A DNA stretch of 64,000 nt from positions 345,774,001-345,838,000 of the forward strand of contig OZ024742.1 of the NCBI GenBank assembly GCA_964016885.1, read 5' to 3'. The DNA comes from Eledone cirrhosa (Eukaryota). Shown piece by piece: positions 60,445-64,000 of this stretch. The notes under the pieces were generated by a model, which made no database searches, was not told the origin of the DNA, and saw nothing but the letters and a program-made list of their open reading frames with translations. The translations under genes and the position numbers were made by a program. Position 1 is the first letter of the stretch. Each line of letters starts with the position of its first letter.

Positions 60445-61378
60445 TATAAAATATGTCCATAGAATCATTTGATAATATATATACACCATTTCCTCTCCCA
60501 ATTAGCATAATTAACCACACAAAAAATCAATTAGACCAGGCTATAATATTAAAAGGCACCTATGAAGAAATAGTAGATAAATAAACTACAGCAATCTCTT
60601 CGCGGCCAACCGCCATAGAATATTTACCCAACATTTCAACAGCACGTGGAAATCAATTAAATATACCGTCAACCATACACAATTAGGTATAAAATTAAAG
60701 TTAGAAGAAAAAAATTCATATACACATACCAGGATCAGGTTTCTACCCTAGGGTTTCGTTCGCTTTCGGAAATATCCTATTAAGGATAAAATCTCGAGCT
60801 TCGAACTCGTCAGGAAACAAACTCATTTGGATAAATAATTTTCTTAAATGATCTCCGCCAGAAACGAATTCAAAATGGCTAAGAACTGTGACGTGGCAGT
60901 GGCAAGTCAGAAAGAATGTGATTGGTTGCTTACGGCGACTAGGCTGCTTGCTAGAAAGCGCAGCCCAATATTGCCCAAATTGCATGTCAACCTTGTGGGA
61001 GATTATTAAATATAAAGATTTACATATACACAAACTAGACAAAGTCACAGATATATATGTTTTGGCAACCATTCACGATGTGGCTCAATGGTAAATTAAT
61101 AAATTAAATAATCAGAGCAATATACTATAAAGTATGTCCATAGAATCATTTGATAATATATATACACCAATTCCTCTCCCAATTAGCATAATTAACCACA
61201 CAAAAAATCAATTAGACAAGGCTATAAGATTAAAAGGCACCTATGAAGAAATAGTAGATAAATAAACTACAGCAATCTCTTCGCGGCCAACCGTCATAGA
61301 ATATTTACCCAACATTTCCACAGCACGTGGAAATCGGTTAAATATACCGTCAACCATACACAATTAGGTATAAAATTA
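60443..61378 (-). mobile_element. (TA)n-flanked element with a ~255-bp direct terminal repeat (monomer plus partial tandem), related to 54740-56052
   Basis: 60443-60700 is repeated at ~61122-61378. Confidence 0.82.
60739..60818 (-). ncRNA. Hammerhead ribozyme
   Basis: gtttc-CTGACGA-gttcg...cgaac-GAAAC-cctagg-GTA-gaaac; canonical core and G10.1-C11.1. Confidence 0.88.
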
Positions 61379-61393
61379 TATATATATATACAG

Positions 61394-61425
<32 letters not shown>

Positions 61426-61454
61426 AATACCACAACATTTATTTTTGGAAAGCC

Positions 61455-61505
61455 AGATTCCTGAAGATTTCTAAAGAATGAAACAGTTCTAGTCCTGTAG
61501 AATCT
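61455..61505 (+). ncRNA. Hammerhead ribozyme
   Basis: agattc-CTGAAGA-tttctaaagaat-GAAAC-ag..ct-GTA-gaatct. Confidence 0.83.
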
Positions 61506-61761
61506 CATCAATATTAAAACTTTTCTACTCTGCTATGTATTGGTTACCTCCGATTCAACCCGGAATAACTTACCTATATATATATAAGGAACCAGATGGA
61601 CCATAATATACCATAGTACTCAATACTTAGGGTAATAGAGTGGGTAATAGGAAAATGTATGATCCCGACGGCAGAGCTTAAGCCGTTTCGACGGATATTT
61701 CTGGACTAAAAAAAAATAAATAAGTAAAAATAAAAAAAAATAGAAATAGCCGTCGAACCAG

Positions 61762-61825
<64 letters not shown>

Positions 61826-61897
61826 AAGAAAAAGGGATGAAATCGAAAATGCAACTGAAGTCTTATTTTTTTTTAAAATATATATATTTATTTGGTT

Positions 61898-61935
61898 CCT
61901 TTACCGGTTTCGCAGTTCTTCTGCTTTTCAAAAGG
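61898..61935 (-). ncRNA. 38-nt minimal hammerhead, U3:A8 variant (mirror at 61993-62030, plus strand)
   Basis: cctt-TTGAAAA-gcag aagaa ctgc-GAAAC-cg-GTA-aagg, inside inverted repeat 61820-62105; decayed relatives at ~51325 and ~47720. Confidence 0.8.
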
Positions 61936-62171
61936 TGAGTTGAGATGGAGAGTGAGATGTGAGAAAAACCACAGACCCTCCATCTCAACTCACCTTTTGA
62001 AAAGCAGAAGAACTACGAAACCGGTAAAGGAACCAAATAAATAGATATATTTAAAAAAAAAATAAGACTTCAGTTGCATTTTCGATTTCATCCCTTTTTC
62101 TTTATACTTCCACTCGTGTAGGACACCTCGGTTATTTTTCATTTTGTAAAAAAAAACCTCACTTTCTAATA

Positions 62172-62227
<56 letters not shown>

Positions 62228-62234
62228 TATATAC

Positions 62235-62311
<77 letters not shown>

Positions 62312-62362
62312 TATATAAATATATACCTAAGTGGACTGCATTTAACTGTTATTTGTTACCCC

Positions 62363-62389
<27 letters not shown>

Positions 62390-62394
<5 letters not shown>

Positions 62395-63134
62395 GGGGTA
62401 ACAAATAACAGTTAAATGCAGTCCACTTAGGTATAGTCCAGTTATGGTATTCCAGGTAGTGGATGATATCAACGCTTGGCTTGGTTTGACTCAACAAGGC
62501 GTTTTCATGGTGATGCTGCGGGTATGCTGTAATTCCTATGTTGTAAACACTTGGAGTAATAATAAATCAGGAAAGAAGGTTGACATGGTTTGCTATACAA
62601 AAATGGTTTTTAATCTCATAGCTGACAATTGTTTCTCTGAACTGGTAGGTCTAGAGATCGCTATTCGCTAGTTTTCACGTTACTCGATCGCCAATACAAA
62701 ATTATAACCAGTCAGTTCTTCGGAGCATGCGAGAATGAAGAGAATACACAGGCAAGAAAAGAATATACAGGCTACTATATGAAGTAGTAATGGCATTCAG
62801 TTAGAACAATAACAACAATTACAACAATGCTATTAATAAATTATTTGAGGAGACCCTGACATTACTTAGGTGGGGGGTATAGTGTATCTAAGATTTCGGC
62901 GTGTAAAACTAGCTGTCATGAGGCAGAAGTAAAAGTTTGGCATGTACAGAGTATCGAAGTGTGTATCGATTTTAAATTATAAAGATAAGCCAGTGTTTAC
63001 AGTCTTTCTTTTCATCTTCAATAACATACATGAGTGGGACAACACTGTCAAAGCTAAATAGTGGGTGAGTTAATACAGAGGTTAAGGAGGTAATATATGC
63101 ATATATTTAGTCACACACACACACACACACACAT

Positions 63135-63190
<56 letters not shown>

Positions 63191-63833
63191 GCATGTGTAC
63201 ATAGACACATACATACACATCAATATACACTCGTACAAAAATATACATACATGCAAAGAGATAAGCGTGCTGATTGTAATTATGGCAAAAGGAAGGTAAA
63301 GTTACATTGTAGTAGTGATTTGAGAAAAACTAGGATTTAGGATCAAATGATGGCGGCAGCTGAGAAGGAATAAGTTTATGGGTTGATGAGGTACTTACAG
63401 ACATTTGTGTGGTATAGACTTGTGAAGGCTAGAGTATACTTAATGAGAATATTTCTGTGGGTAGTGGGTATCCTAATTTAAAGCTATGTTGTGTTGGTTC
63501 GATTCACGGAGGTTTGAATCTTATGAATTTAGTGGCAATTCTATGTCTGCAGAAGATAGATCTTTCTAACTTATTGTTAAGTAGCCTTTTTACATTTTTG
63601 AGGATATACATTAGTTCAAGATCACATAACCCGCAGTGGGACATACCTGTACTATAGGTTTTAGCAGCCGACAACTTCGACCAGTTAATACTGTAGTTAG
63701 TGCTGCTGTCCTTCAGTTCCCATATTTTTTTTGGCGAGGGTTGTGGAACCTACCAGTTCAGAGAAACAATTGTCAGCTATGAGATTAAAAACCTTTTTTG
63801 TATAGCAAACCATGTAAACCTTCTTTCCTGATT

Positions 63834-63840
<7 letters not shown>
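62390..63840 (-). mobile_element. Heavily 5'-truncated PLE with an inverted 5' segment
   Basis: 63504-63745 minus strand: IWELKD..INW...CGLCDLE..LLN..E...CRHR; 63748-63838 is an inverted copy of 62560-62650; degenerate HHR at 62620-62727 (CCGAAGA...GAAAC-aatt-GTC). Confidence 0.75.
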
Positions 63841-63874
<34 letters not shown>

Positions 63875-63921
63875 GACTATGTTGATGGTCACAATTCAGT
63901 CATGGCAGTCAAGCATCAACT

Positions 63922-63987
63922 TATTTTATCTGATAAGGTCGTACTATTGAAATAGATCAGTACCTCTGAAATATGTATAATAAAATA
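63922..63987 (+). ncRNA. Degenerate hammerhead (architecture like 46864)
   Basis: tattttat-CTGATAA-...-GAAA-tatgt-ATA-ataaaata. Confidence 0.5.
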
Positions 63988-64000
63988 TATTTGAAGTAAT

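Overview
AT-rich eukaryotic (animal) DNA with no recognisable host-gene exon. The tRNA-derived SINE families and the dense (TA)n/(AAT)n/(TATG)n microsatellites resemble a mollusc, probably octopus-like, genome (inference). The window is almost entirely mobile DNA. It contains: (i) a decayed Neptune-type Penelope-like element (PLE) at ~0.4-2 kb and two fragments of a second PLE clade at ~48-50 kb and ~62.4-63.8 kb; (ii) a near-complete Tx1/L1-type LINE at 8.1-14.1 kb; (iii) a 12-kb nest of six R4/Dong-type RLE retrotransposon copies, each bounded by (AAT)n, one with an intact 1140-aa ORF; (iv) RTE, CRE-like and other RLE fragments, many SINEs, Helitron-like elements and an internally deleted mariner; (v) a 4.8-kb 20-bp minisatellite. 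The most striking signal is not in the ORF track. About 20 hammerhead-ribozyme (HHR) motifs, from at least 8 sequence-unrelated families, sit inside short non-coding elements embedded in (TA)n tracts, mostly as inverted (fold-back) pairs. They include U3:A8 core variants, a recurrent U-U at the base of stem II, palindromic 2-8-nt stem III loops and ~100-nt stem II insertions. All ribozyme folds and alignments were done by eye, and boundaries are approximate.
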